Below, piece by piece: positions 24,705 to 37,846 of a stretch of 64,000 bases of DNA. Source of the DNA: Vicugna vicugna (lineage: Eukaryota). Location of the stretch: the NCBI GenBank assembly GCA_013265495.1, contig MU061578.1, positions 4,847,308 to 4,911,307 on the forward strand, read 5' to 3'. Under the pieces are notes generated by a model that did not search any database, was not told the DNA's origin, and saw only the letters and a program-made list of their open reading frames with translations. Within the stretch, counting starts at the first letter, position 1, and the number at the start of each line of letters is the position of its first letter. A program made the position numbers and the translations under genes.

Positions 24705-27700
24705 ATAACTCAAAATTGATGATCAATTGATTTTTGACAAAGAGGCTAGGACAACTGAACAGACAAGAAATAGTCTGTTAAACTAATGGTGCTGGAACAA
24801 CTAGATATCCACAAATAAAACAGTGAAGTTGAACCTCTACATCACATCATACACAGAATTAACTCCAAGTGGATTATAAACCTAAATGTAAGAAATAACT
24901 AAACTATAAAACTCTTGAAAGAAAATACAGGAGTAAACCTTCGTGATCTTGGGTTAGACAGTGATTTCTTAGGTATGACACCAAAAGCCCAAGTGGTAAA
25001 AGAGAAGATTGATAAGTTGGACTTCATCAACATTAAAAACTTGTATACTTCAAAGGACACCATCAAGAAAGTGAAAAGAAAACCTACAGATGGAGAAAAC
25101 ATCTGCAAGTAAAATATATCATAAAAGATTTGTATCCAGAAGAAATAAGGAAACCTTACAACTCAAAAATAAAAGCACAGATGTTTCTAACTCATTCTAT
25201 AGGCAGCATTACCTTGATACCTAAGCCAGAAAAGACATCATAATAAAACTACAGACCAGTACCCCTTATGACTAACAAAGGGGAAAGCCTCAACAAAATA
25301 CTAGTAAATTAGATCTAGCAGCATTTTAAAAGGATTATACACTATACCAAGTGGGATTTATCCCAGGGATGCAAGAATGATCCAACAGATGAAAGGCGAT
25401 CAATGTAATACACCACTTAATAGAATGAAGAGAAAAACATGTTTTATTCATTTTTATTTATCACAGTTGATAAAAGCTTATGACAAAATCCAACACCTTT
25501 CATGATTAAAAAAATTTTTTAACGAACCAGGATATAAAGGAACTTCCTCAATCTGATAGTGAGCATTTGTGAAGACCCCACAGCTAGCATTGTGTTCTGT
25601 GGTGAAAGATTGAAAGCCTTCCCCCTAAAATCAGGAACAAGAAAGGGATACACACTCTCCCCTCTGCTAGTCAACATTGTACTAGAAGTTCAAGCCAGAG
25701 CAATTAAGAAATAAAAAGAAATAAAAAGCATGCAATTTGAGAGGAAGAAGTAAAAGTATCTCTAGTCAAGGATGACAATATCTTATATTTAGAAAGTCCT
25801 AAAGTATCTACAAAAGGAACTCTTAAAGAGTTTATAAATGAATTCAGCAAATTTGCAGGACACAAGATCAACACACAAAAATCAGTTGTTTTTTTATACA
25901 CTAGCAATGAACATTCTGAAAAGGAAATCAAGAAAACAATTCCACTTGTACTAGCACCCAAAATAAAATACCTAGAAATAAATCTGACCACTGAGAGGAA
26001 AGACTTGTACAACCGAAAACTACAAAGCATTGTGAAAAGAAATCAGAGAAGACTTAATGAAAAGACATCCCAAGTTCTTTGTGGATTGGAAGACTTAAGA
26101 TGGCAACACTTCCTGAATTGATCTACAGATTCAATTCAATCTCTATTAAAATCCCAACTGCCTTTTTCTCAGAAATGGATGAACGGATCATAAAATTCTT
26201 ATGGAACTGCAAAAAGCCAAAACAATTTTGAAAAAAAAAGTTGAAGGACTCACACTTCATGATTTCAAACTTACTACCAAGCTATAGAGATCAAAACAGT
26301 ATAGTACTGGCATAAGGGTAGACATACAGATCAATGGAATAGAATTGAGAATCTAGAAATAACTCATACATCTAATTGCCAGCTGATTTTTGACAAGGGT
26401 GCCAAAGCCATCTGATAGGGAAAGAATAGTCTCTTTAACAAAGGATGTCAGCACAACTGGAATGCAACTTGGACTTCTACCTCACTTCATTCCATATGAT
26501 GGCTGAATAATATTCCCCACATTTTGTTTATCCATTCGTCTGTTGATGAACACTGAGTTGTTTCTACCATTTGGCTATTGTGAATAATGCTGTTATGAAC
26601 ATTCATATACAAGTATCTGTTTGAATCCGTTTTCAGTTCCTTAGGGTATATACTTAGTGTAATCACTGGGCCATATGGTAATTCTCTTTAACTTTCTGAG
26701 GCATCAGCAAATTATTTTCCACATAAGCTGCACAATTTTGCATTCCCATCAGCAATACATGAGGGTTTCAATTTCTTTGGAGAAATGTCTATTCAAGTCC
26801 TTTGCCTACTTTTTATTTGCATTTTTTTGTTGACATTGAATTATAGGAGGTCTTTATGCATTTTGGATATTAATTCCTTAGTAGATATATGATTTGGAAA
26901 TATTTTCTTCCATTCTGTGAATAGCTTTTTTACTCTCTTGATGGTGTCTTTTGATGCATGAAAGTTTTTAAAATGTTGAAGTCCAGTGTATCTATTTTTT
27001 CTATCATTGCCTGTTTTGTTGGTGTCATACTTAAGAAATTGTTGCCAAATCCAAGGTTATGAGGATTTTCCACTAAATTTTCTTCTAGGAGTTTTACGGT
27101 TTTATCTTATGTTTAGATCTTTGATCCATTTTGAATTAATTTTTGTGTATGTTATAAGGTAAGGGTCCCACTTCATTCTTTTGCATGTAGATATCCAGTT
27201 TTCCCTGCAACATTTGTTGAAAGGCTATCTGTTTTGCCATTGAATACTCTTGGCATCCTTGTCAAAAATCAATTGATCATATATGTGAGGGTTTATTTTC
27301 AGGCTCTCTGTTATATCCCATTGGTCTTTATATCTAGAGTTTGCAAAGGATTGGTGTCAATTCATCTTTAACTGTTTGGTAGAATTCACCAGAGAGACCA
27401 TCTGAATCACGAGTTTTCTTTGCTAGGACAGAACCTGAGAGACCTGTAGGACACTATCAAACATACAAACATACAAACATACACATCACAAGGGTCCTAG
27501 AATGAGAAGAGATTGAGAAAAGAAACAGAAAAAATATTTCAGGAAATAATGGCTGAAAACTCCCTAAATATGATGAAATACATGAACACAAGCCCAAGAA
27601 GCTTAATGAACTCCAAGCAAGATAAGTTCAAAGAGACCCACAGCAAGAGTCATTCCAATTTTCAAAACCCAAAGACAAAAGAGAGCATTTTGAAAGCAGC

Positions 27701-28040
27701 AAGAGAGAAGACTCCCCACATACAAGTGATCCTCAATAAGATTAACAGCTGATTTCTCTACAGAGTCTATGCAATCCTGGAGGTAGTGAAATGATATTTT
27801 AAATCTTGAAAGGAAAAAAAAAACCTCAACTAAGAATTCTATATCTGGCAAAAAAAATCCCTCAGGAATTATGGAGAAATTAAGATACTTTCAGATAAAC
27901 AAAAGCTGAGAGAGTTTGTTATTAGTAGGCCTTCCCTTCCCTGCTAAAGGGAATTCTTCTGGCTGAAATGAAAAGCCACTAGACAGTAACTCTAAGCCAT
28001 ATGAAGAGATAAAGACCACTGGTTAAGTTAACTAAAGTCA
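24705..28040. mobile_element. Rearranged older L1 fragments (ORF2 pieces on both strands, ORF1 piece at ~27430-27990 on +)
   Basis: Translations such as DFLGMTPKAQ..KEKIDKLDFINIKN and EKIFQEIMAEN..ILKAAREK; strand switch near 26490. Confidence 0.8.
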
Positions 28041-28042
28041 AT

Positions 28043-28924
28043 GGCCAACAGGTACATGAAAAGATGTTCAACATTGCTACTTATTCAAGAAATGCAAATC
28101 AGAATTACGATGAGGTGTCACCTCACATTAGTCAGAATGGCCACCATCAAGAAGTCTACAAATAATAAATGCTGGAGAGGGTGTGGAGAAAAGGAACTCT
28201 TCGACGCTGTTGGTGAGAATGTAATTTGGTGCAGCCACTGTGGAAAACAGTATGGAGGTTCCTTAAAAAAACTAAAAATAAAGTTACCATGTAATCTAGC
28301 AATTCCAGTCCTGGGCATATATCTGGAAAAGATGAGAACTCCAACTTGAAAATACCTGATTCCTAGTGTTCAATCAACATTATTTATGATAGCTAAGACA
28401 TGGAAGCAGCCTAAGTGTCCATCAACAGATGAATGGATAAAGAAGATGTGGTATACATGTACAATAGAATATTACTCAGTCATAAAAAAGAATGAAATAA
28501 CACCATTTGCAGCAACATGGGTGGACCTAGAGTTTATCATACTAAGTGAAGTAAGTCAGAGAAGGACAAATATTGTATGATTATATGATATCACTTACAT
28601 ATGGAATCTAAAAAATAGTAAAAATGAACTTACTTGCAAAACAGAAACAGACTCACAGACGTAGAAAACAAACTTTTAGTCCCCAAAGGGGAAGGATGGG
28701 GAAGGAATAAATTAGGAGTGTGGATTAACAGATACACAATACCATATACAAAATAGATAAACAACATGTATGTACTGTATAGCACAGGGAACTATGTTCA
28801 ATATCTTGTAATAATAACCTACAGTGGAAAAGAATCAGAAAGAGAAAGAGAACTGAATCACTTTGCTATACACCTGAAACCACAACAATATTGTGAATCA
28901 ATTATACTTCAAAAAAATTTTTTA
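28043..28924 (+). mobile_element. 5'-truncated L1 (ORF2 end plus 3'UTR)
   Basis: [10 protein letters not shown] and [18 protein letters not shown] motifs; ~18-bp TSD aagttaactaaagtcaat / aaggtaactaaagccaat. Confidence 0.88.
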
Positions 28925-29818
28925 AAGGTAACTAAAGCCAATATTATTGTACTTCTGGTTTGCAACTCCTGTTTTTTTCCTAAACAATTTATAAGTCCAA
29001 TACATAAAACTATTTATAAACCTATGTTAATGGGCACACAATGTATGAATATATAATCTGTCACAATAACACTGTAAAGGGGGAGGGACGGAGATGTGTA
29101 TGAGCAGTGTTTGCATACTATTGAACGTAGGTGGTATTATTTAAATTTGGCTGTTGTAGGTTTAAGGTGTTAATTATTATATAGTTTGGACTTTTAAGCC
29201 ATGTGTGTTACTTTCCTATGACTGCTATAACAATCTACTACATACTCCGTGGCTGAAAATGACACATATTTATTATCTTACAACACCTAAAGTCTCAAGT
29301 GTATTTCTGTGGGCTAAAAGTAAGGTGTAATCTCAACTGAGATTATCAGACTTTGGTTCGATTGTTTTTTTCCTGCAAATCTGGAGCCATTGTGCTTAGA
29401 GCCTGGGAAACGTTGAAACCTTGACTCATCATTTACTAGTTCCATGATATTGAGCAAATTTATTTAATGTGGCAAAACCTCAGTTCCTTCCTCTGAAAAA
29501 CAGGGAGGTTATGGCAATTAAATAAGATACTGTATATAAAGTGCTTGCTGCAGCGCCAGGAAACGCTTAATAGATGCTATATAATCTACCACTCATCTTT
29601 GTAGAAGAGGATTTTCCTTGCAGGAGATGTTATTAATGCAGTATTAGAGGATGTTTTAGGCAGTTAAATGGTTCTGCTTTTCTTGAGGGGAGGGGTAAGG
29701 ATTGGTTTATTTTTTAAGTGCTGCAAATGCTCTTAGTCTTTCAATGGTGAAAGTGCAAGTATAAAAGGTTTCTGTCAAAATTTCTTGAAGGATGGCTCCC
29801 CTTCTGAAATCGTAAAAC

Positions 29819-29851
29819 ATCGCTTCTCGGCCTTTTGGCTAAGATCAAGTG
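29819..29851 (+). pseudogene. 3'-truncated U2 snRNA retropseudogene (nt 1-33)
   Basis: ATCGCTTCTCGGCCTTTTGGCTAAGATCAAGTG identical to the U2 5' end; TSD TGAAATCGTAAAAC at 29805-29818 and 29850-29863. Confidence 0.95.
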
Positions 29852-29970
29852 AAATCGTAAAACAAATACAAAGATGCTGTCCTTATCACGGCAGGGGAAC
29901 GGGGCTTGCATCATGCTTCTTCGTGCGTTATTGATGGAACTATTTTTATTTCTTCCCTCTGAATTTGCAG

Positions 29971-30144
29971 CTCACATTGCAACCGCCTCAGGAGGCATCA
30001 TCTTCTTCCTCACCTACCTTCTGTACCTGTATATCACTTTCAGCTACATCCACAGGAGCCACTTCCAAAAGATTGCCCTTTGTCTCCTCTCAAGTGTTGC
30101 CATGGCACTGGGAGTCCGACTAATCTCCGCATTGGAGACAAAAG
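29971..30144 (+). pseudogene. ABCA17: Coding exon 8 (AHIATASGGIIFFLTYL...ISALETK)
   Basis: tttgcag acceptor, 174 nt open, gtgagc donor. Confidence 0.92.
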
Positions 30145-33100
30145 GTGAGCTGCCTTGATGTTTTGCCATTTGCTGACTGGCAAAGCTGACCTTCCTTTCC
30201 AAATAAACAACTTGCTCATGTCATTCAGCATTGTGCACGTTTGCAGTGTACTTCATCTGTGGCAGGTACTGTAAGGAACACTAAAGAAATATAGAGTAAG
30301 ATTCACACCATGCAGCGTACAAGGTAGTTTGGGAAGAAAGACTAAAGTATATTATTGATTTGGGGAATTATGTGCCTATATAATTGTATAGGTATAAAAT
30401 ATAGAGATTTATGATTAGACATTCAAATAACACTTTAGAACTTTATAGATAATATCATGCATTCCATACTTTATTCTCCTAGGCTTCAGTGTTGGTCTTC
30501 TTTCACAAGTTGGTCCAGGGGACCTTCCATCAGAGATTTTCTAGCTCCCTTACAACCTCCACAATTTGGGGTTGGAAGCACAACCCCAAGTTTTCATTGT
30601 CTCATTGTTTGAAGAACTTCTCAGAATACCTGCAGTCATTGCAGAAGATTGTGGCCAGCATATAAGTCAAAATGTAGGACCCACTGAGCTCTGTGGGGTT
30701 TTAGTACTTGCTGAATGGAGCTGTTCCACATTGCAGGGGTACTAAGATGATCTGCTGTGAACACTCTAGCAAGTGCTTTCATCGCTCAGTGTTAACTTTT
30801 ACCACCAGAGTCACCTAAGTCCCAAATGATACAGCTTGTTTTAGCAGCAGGTAGCAAGAGTAGGAGTTATAAGTTGGATCTAGTTTGCGGGTCCCCTTAC
30901 TGCAAGTGGGATAATCTCCAATGACTGGTTAGAGGCATCACCTACCAATGAATTTCTTTATTAAGTTATAATTGTCTAAATGGCTTAAGGGAGCTTAAAA
31001 TTTAATAAAGGATGTTAACTTGACCAGAATTTATTGAAAATGAGTAGTTTTCTTTAACAAAACAATATTGGGACCATGATTTACAAATACTTATGGGGGA
31101 AAAAGATTTGAAATGGTATTGTAATTTCTTACATGTTAGTGATGAATAAAGGTACTTTATGGAGCATATCTGTTTGAAGTTGAGGAAACTTAGGTGAGTG
31201 GTTGGACTGGATGAGCTGTTAGATTTGTTCCCATGCTAAGATTCTCTTGGTTTGGAGGCACTCCGCCCTCATAGAATTTATGATCAATGTTCCTTCCTGA
31301 AAGGCACAGGGTAGCTCACAAATGCTGTCTGCTGTTACCGCTGAAGGAGATGTAAATGCAGATGATCATAAGCAGGTAAAAATTGCTAAGGATATAACTG
31401 ATGAAATGTTAGAAATCCAAGGGCAGTATTGCTTATTTAAATCCTCATACTTTTCACTGGATTAGATTTTTCTATTCGTCTGACCTATCTGTTCAAATCA
31501 GATTGCAGGCCTTATAGTGAGTGAATAGGCAGAATTCCTCTGTGCTTTTTCTCAGTAAGTCTAGTGCAGAACTTTCATTTCCAATCTTGAGCAGAGTTCA
31601 CTGTTTGCAACATGAATCAGAGCTCTGGCTGTATGGCAGAAATATTTTGGCCTCTTCTTAAAATCAGAACCCATGCATTTGTGGAGCAGCTGGGTTTGTC
31701 ACTGGAGACTTCCATTTATCGACTTATTTGTTAATTTATTATTTACTAGATCGGTTTTAGTATTGAAGAGGCCCAATAAATAGCACCCTTATCCCCTCCT
31801 TAATTTCTGAGCCAATTGAGAAACAAAACAGAGATGTCATCGTATTAATACCAAAATATCCTTTTATAACTAATTAGGATGATGTTGCTTAGTGTGAGAG
31901 TCAGGTGGACCTGCTGGTTCCCTGCCTCACAGTGTCCTCTTTGGGACAATCCATCTGAGACAAAGGTTAAGCCAGCAGGCCAGACACACTAATTCAGCTG
32001 CCTTTCACTTCCTGGAGTGGAAAGAGAAGAGGAAAGAAACAAAATTTCACCCCTCCTCTGGTTTAGGTCCCCCAACAAATTAGCTAGATCCAGTTGTCAA
32101 ATGTGGATCTTGTTGCTTATCAGAAATAGGAGTATTCTACTTCTGTGGGGAGAGTAAGCCGTGGGCAGGAGGCCAGCAGATTTAGAGAAAAATCCCCACT
32201 CATGGAAAGCTGAGCAGTGGCGAAGAGGCACTAGCATCCAGTGACAGTAAACTGCGAGAGCAGGTATCTCGTCTGCTTTGTTTACCACTCTCGGTCCTCA
32301 GTGTCTAAACTGTGGTCTGATAAAATGTAGGCACCCAGTATGTATTTGTTAAGTGAATGAATGAATGGATGGACAGGATTGGCTTTCTGGTGGGGAAGTG
32401 CCCTAATCAAGGTTCTACTGAGAGGGGAAAAACCGGAAGGGCTTCCTAAGGAGTCTTTAAAAGGAAAGTTATCTAGTCTTCCATTTCCAATAATTGTGTC
32501 TAGGTTATCTAGATCATCCCTCCTGTTGAAAATAATGGGAAAAAATGGGATAAATTTTAATCTCTTAAGAACATCCTTTAAGAAAAGCAAAGTGTTCACA
32601 CATGATGGTGAAGAACCACTAGGCCAAAACCTTAGGGAAACTTGTGACCCCAAAAGGTAAACAGCACCAAAACCACTTTATGCTCAGAGGTCATTTGCTA
32701 ACAGGAAACCCTTGGGCTTCCATTTGCACAGCCTTTTGAGGCAAGGGAGCTCGACATCAAGGCCCAGGTCCCCACCCAGGTAGAGAGCATAACAGGAGAC
32801 CCTCCTGACAGTAACCTGGGCCCCAGAGACAAATTCACTAGCCACAGGTTAGGCTCTCTGTGACACAAACTCTGAGATGGAGTTTAGTATGCAACTGTTT
32901 ATTAGGGAATAGCCTTGGGATCAATTCCTGTAGAAGGAAAGAGATTCAAATAAGATTAGTCACAGCTACAATGCAGCACTGGCAGCCTTGAGGAGTTACG
33001 AGAGAAAATGGCCCATCTGAGCATCCTGCACTGGGCTGAAATGGCCTGGCCTGTACACCTCTGCCTCCATCAGCCACTGGTCATGGGCAACCCAGGAAAG

Positions 33101-33499
33101 GGCATGACCCAGGGCTGGGCAGCTCTGCAGCTGAGAGGTCCCTGAAGAGGCTGCAAGCTGCAAGCCCTCAGCACAGCACTCCTGAAAACTGAAGCAACAA
33201 TTTTCTTGAAGGGGATCAGGGAAGTTCATCTCTGTGTTCATATGCTCACCCCATCATAACCAAGAGAATCTTGGGGAAGGTTATCATGGTGCTGACCATA
33301 TACAAGAGAAGAAAAACAAAAGAGAAAATTGTCCCTGAGAAACTGTTACACATTAGTTCTTTGGTGGATTTGTAGTCCAGGTTCATCTTGTATGAGGAGT
33401 CTCAAGCAGTGAACTGATTTTAGGGGGTCCTGGAATGATAGAGCCCCCAGCCAGGTTCCTGGCAGAAGCACTTTCTTCCTATATCATGGTGAACCCTCA

Positions 33500-35690
33500 C
33501 AAATAGTTTTTTAAGGGCAATAAGCAACATAGTAAAAAAATAATTAAAAACATAATGACATAAACCACCATGAATGAGAAGCAACAGAAACAAGAGAAAG
33601 TAGAAACAGATTCACAAAGGTTTCATATTTTTTAATGATCAGAACACAGATGATTAAACAATAGTGCTTATTACATGTTTTTCATAAAAGCAAGCTTGAA
33701 AATATCTGCAAGAATAGGAACTAAGTGACCCAGAAATATGAAAAAGAAGGATGAAATACTTCTCTTGAAATGTAAAATACAATCAACAAAACAAAAAACT
33801 TAATGGATGGGTTAACGGTAGATTTGAAATAGCCGAGAAGAGGATTAGTGAACTGGACGTAGGTTCGAAGAAATAATCTAGATGGCAGCACAGAAAATTA
33901 AAAAGATTAAAAATATGCAAGAAAAGAATGAGAAGGGCTTACATACATTTTAGTAGAGTTCCAATAGCAAAAAAAGAGACTAGGGCAGAGAAAATACATT
34001 TGAAGAGATGGTGGCGAAACCTGTTCTAAAACTGGATTTTAGGAAGCTCAGCAAATCCCAAATAAGATTAACAGTAAATATACATTAGACATACCAATAT
34101 AAAGCTGAACGCACCAGAGGGCAAGAGAAAAATCTTAAAAGTAGCCTGAGGGAAAAAGACAAGTTGCTTTTCAAAAGAGCCTAAAGACAGTAGTTTTATA
34201 CATTGCATAAAATAATAATAATGATAATGATGTCTTTAGGGTTTTTAAAGAGATAAAATTAAAATACGTAAGAGGGATTTTGACGCGATAAAGTCAGAAA
34301 TCAACAGGGATAAATATTTTCTGGAAGGAGAGTAAGGATATTGATTAACTTTAGACTTTGCTAAATAAAATAAACCTAGTAATTCGTTACTGAGCCAACC
34401 AGGAAAAGGCTAGAAACAGTGTATAACTTTCAAATCTAATAGAGAGAGGATGGAGTAACTAAAAGATTGGTTGGGTCAAGATCAAGGGGGATGGGAAGAG
34501 GAATTCTGTCACGTGGCCACTTCAAATGCAAGAGAGACTGAGAAGTCAGGAAACAGGTCCATCATACTTGATGTAGAACTATCATGATCAAACAGATGTG
34601 TGGGCAGGGGAAGTTTGCCAAATTCCTTTCAGCAGCACCCTGCTCTCAAACATAATTAAATCAACTGTGGAAAGAAGTAACATCTAACTCCTACCCAATC
34701 CAAACTCCATCAGTTTTTTTTAATGGAACTTGAGCTGATTCTCAAATTTAAATGAGAGTATAAGGACCAAGAATAGCCAGGAGCTCTTGAGGAAGAACAA
34801 GGTAAGTAAACTTGTTTTGCTGGATTTCGTGATTTATCATAAAGCAATAGTAATTAAGATTATGGTTGACAAATAGACTGATAGAACAGAAAAGAAAGGC
34901 CAGCCAAACGCATTGTTAAATGTCAGAGATGATACTTCAGAGAAGTGGGATTTAATAAATGATGGTGAAGTAACTAAAGAAGCTTATGGAAAAAACTGAA
35001 ATTGGACTCCTAATTCACACCATACACAGAAATCAATTCCAGTGTCAAAAAACTATAAGGTTTTTTGGAGATAATATAGGAGAGTACATTCATGTACTTG
35101 AAGTAGGAAGGATTTCTTACATAAGACACAAAAATAACTAACCATACAGAAAAGACAGATAAATATGACATTAAAACTAAGACACCATGAAGAGAATGAA
35201 AAGAGAAACTACAGTGTAGGAGAAGATATTTGAAACCCATTTAACCTACAAAAAGCTTGTATCCAAAATATTTTAAAATTCATAAAATCAATTAAGAGTC
35301 ATACTTTGTAGTGAAAAAAATGGGCAAAAAGACTAGAATAGGTACTTCTTGAAAAAGTATATCCAAATAGCTAATAAACATATGTAAGCTAGAAGAAGAT
35401 GAAATGACATATTTCAAGTGCTGAAAGAACCCTGTCAACTCAGAATTCTATCCAGGGGAAATTTAGGAAAAAATGAAGACTCTCTCAAGTAAACAAAAGT
35501 AACAGAATTGTGATTGCTAGGAGACATCACAAGAAATGTTGAGTTCTTCAGGCAAAAACAATATCATATCAGACAGAAATTTGGATCTACACAAAGGAAT
35601 TAAGAACACTAAAAATAGAAAACACAATTTATTCTGTCTTCTGGGAGGTTTTTTTGGCTCTAAAAGAGAACTGACTATCTAAAGCAAACA
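33500..35690 (+). mobile_element. Ancient degraded L1M fragments
   Basis: A-rich sense strand with ORF1- and ORF2-like remnants; boundaries approximate. Confidence 0.6.
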
Positions 35691-35703
35691 CAGTAGCAAT
35701 GGT

Positions 35704-35830
35704 GGGGAGGATGTAGCTCAGTGGTAGAGTGCATGCTTAGCATGCATGAGGTCCTGGGTTTGATCCCCAGTACCTCCATTAAATAAGTAAATAAAAACCA
35801 AATTGCCTCCCATCCCCCCAAAAATTAAAA
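35704..35830 (+). mobile_element. tRNA-Ala-derived SINE (Vic-1-like, camelid)
   Basis: GGGGAGGATGTAGCTCAGTGGTAGAGTGCATGCTTAGCATGCATGAGGTCCTGGGTTTGATCCCCAGTACCTCCA with A and B boxes, then an AT-rich body and A tail. Confidence 0.85.
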
Positions 35831-36545
35831 GGTGATGCATGCTACCTGCTGTCTGGCAGCAGATGCAGGGTATCTTGGATACTTTAAATGAGAATCTCAG
35901 TCAACTTGCATTCAGATCAGACGCACGGCATCCCATAGGACACTTAACTTTATGCGCAGCCAGCAATTGATCCCAAGCCCTTCCTCAGCACTTTCCTTTC
36001 TTTGAGGAATATGTATGTATTGAGCACCTGTAGCATGTGAGGCCCTGGGTCACATGTTGGAGATACTGAGATAGAAGATAGTCCCTGGCTCCAAGCTGGG
36101 GCCAGCAATAAGCAAGCAGGTTCAAAGTGCAGATGCTCAGGGTTAGCACAGCGTGCCCCAGATGCACGAGGGTTAGGCATGTAACCCAAAGAGAGTGAGT
36201 ATGCATGCTGACCTTTGAAATAAGAATCAGCCGAGCAAAGAAAGTGGGGAAGAACAGGAAGGGCTCTCCAGGCAGCATGTGCAGGAGTGTGGAGATGTGT
36301 CTCGGATGAACACATTTCTACTTCTGGTGCCAACAAACCAGTTTGGCAATAATAAAAATGTTTTATCTCATAGAAGAATCTAACAACTAGCTTTTCCTTT
36401 CCTGCGCCTAGCTTGTGTCCCTGAACACCCTAGACACAAATAGTCCAGTCTTCTCATTGGCCTGGCCTCCGACTGCTTGATTGGAAAGTTCTGGTATCTA
36501 TTCTCTGTCTTCGATGGGGTGACTGTTTTCCTTCCTTTGGAGCAG

Positions 36546-36718
36546 GTGTGGGCATCCAGTGGAGGAACATGGGCAGTATAAGAGGAGAGCTTAACTTCAC
36601 TTAGGTGCTGCTGATGCTTCTACTGGACTCCTTCTTGTATGGCTTGGTGGCCTGGTAAATGGAGTCCATCTTCCCAGGAAAGTATGGTGCACCCAAGCCT
36701 TGGTGCTTCTTTCTCATG
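36546..36718 (+). pseudogene. ABCA17: Coding exon 9 with two nonsense codons
   Basis: GVGIQWRNMGSIRGELNFT*VLLMLLLDSFLYGLVAW*MESIFPGKYGAPKPWCFFLM; TAG 36602-36604 and TAA 36656-36658; gtgagt donor. Confidence 0.92.
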
Positions 36719-37702
36719 GTGAGTGCTGATGCTGCTCTTTTACAGGTTGACAGTAGAGTTTTTACAGCTTGTCATCAATATTCCTGTCCCTCTCGGTGTT
36801 GGTTGAATCTCAAACTCCTGGAAATCTAAGCAGGGTTCTGTAACCTGGATTCACCCCAAGCCTATCAGCTTGTAGTTGCCAAAGAAGCCTAACTAACAAG
36901 GCTCAGTTTTCCTGATTCGCCCCACCGCTGATGCCCTATGCAGAGTCCTCCCAAGAATGCCCGTGGTTGTCTTACGTGTGCCTACTCAATGTCAGGCCCT
37001 GCATTCTCCCACAGAGTGCCACCCCAACAGGCTAGAGCCCTCAGGACTCCGAGGCCTTTCCTCTTTGGGCTGTTGGAAAGGTCCTGCAGCTCTCTGAGAC
37101 CTCTGTGACCCCGGAGTGTGGCCAGGGGGCACAGCTTTCATTGACAACCCCATGAAGCTCTCAGAATCACTTCTCCCCTGTGGTGACTAAATTTTTCTTA
37201 CAAAGCTGAGCTCATCGTGCCTGATCCCGTCCTCCTGCAGACTTACCCTGACCCTGTCGGAACTGCACAGGTATGCACTTTGGGCCTTGGCAAAGGCTGC
37301 TACGCTTGCCCTTCTTGGTATGTGGAGAATTGGGTAGATTGTTAACTCCAGTATTTCGCCAGGCCTCAGCCCACAGGGATGCCAATTGCTGACATGACAG
37401 CTTTCCCAGTATGCCAGGAACGTGGACAAGAGACATCTTTTGTTGTTCCATCTTCCCTCTGGACCATGGGTTGTAGGTTGAAATGCAGTGTATTAGTAGT
37501 GAAGTGAGTCGTGAACAAATTGCTTGGCTTCTTCAGGCGCCATTACGTGTTCGATACCAGGAAGCTCTGGTGCGCAACACTGGGATAGGGGTGGGGTTGG
37601 CGGGAGGGAAGCATGAGAATTTAATTTGCCAAAATATTTATCTTCCAGAAGAAGAAAGTCAGTTCACCTAAATGTATTTATGTAAGTTGGCTTCCTCTCT
37701 AG

Positions 37703-37846
37703 CCCTCCCACTGGCGTGGACAATCTATATCCCTTACGAAATCAGTGCTAGACTTGGGGAATCCTCAGAAAGCTCTGAAAGGCACGTTCATTCAGGAAGA
37801 GCCTACCGATTTGATGAAAAGAATTGAAATCCAACATCTATACAAG
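37703..37846 (+). pseudogene. ABCA17: Coding exon 10 (PSHWRG...EEPTDLMKRIEIQHLYK)
   Basis: ctctag acceptor, 144 nt open, gtatca donor. Confidence 0.88.

Noticed and set aside
29819..29851. Functional U2 snRNA gene
   Set aside because: Only 33 nt of U2 are present, with no Sm site, and it is flanked by a TSD
35704..35778. Possible functional tRNA-Ala gene
   Set aside because: The B box and stems are mutated, it is followed by a SINE body and A tail, and a similar diverged copy lies at 20131-20251
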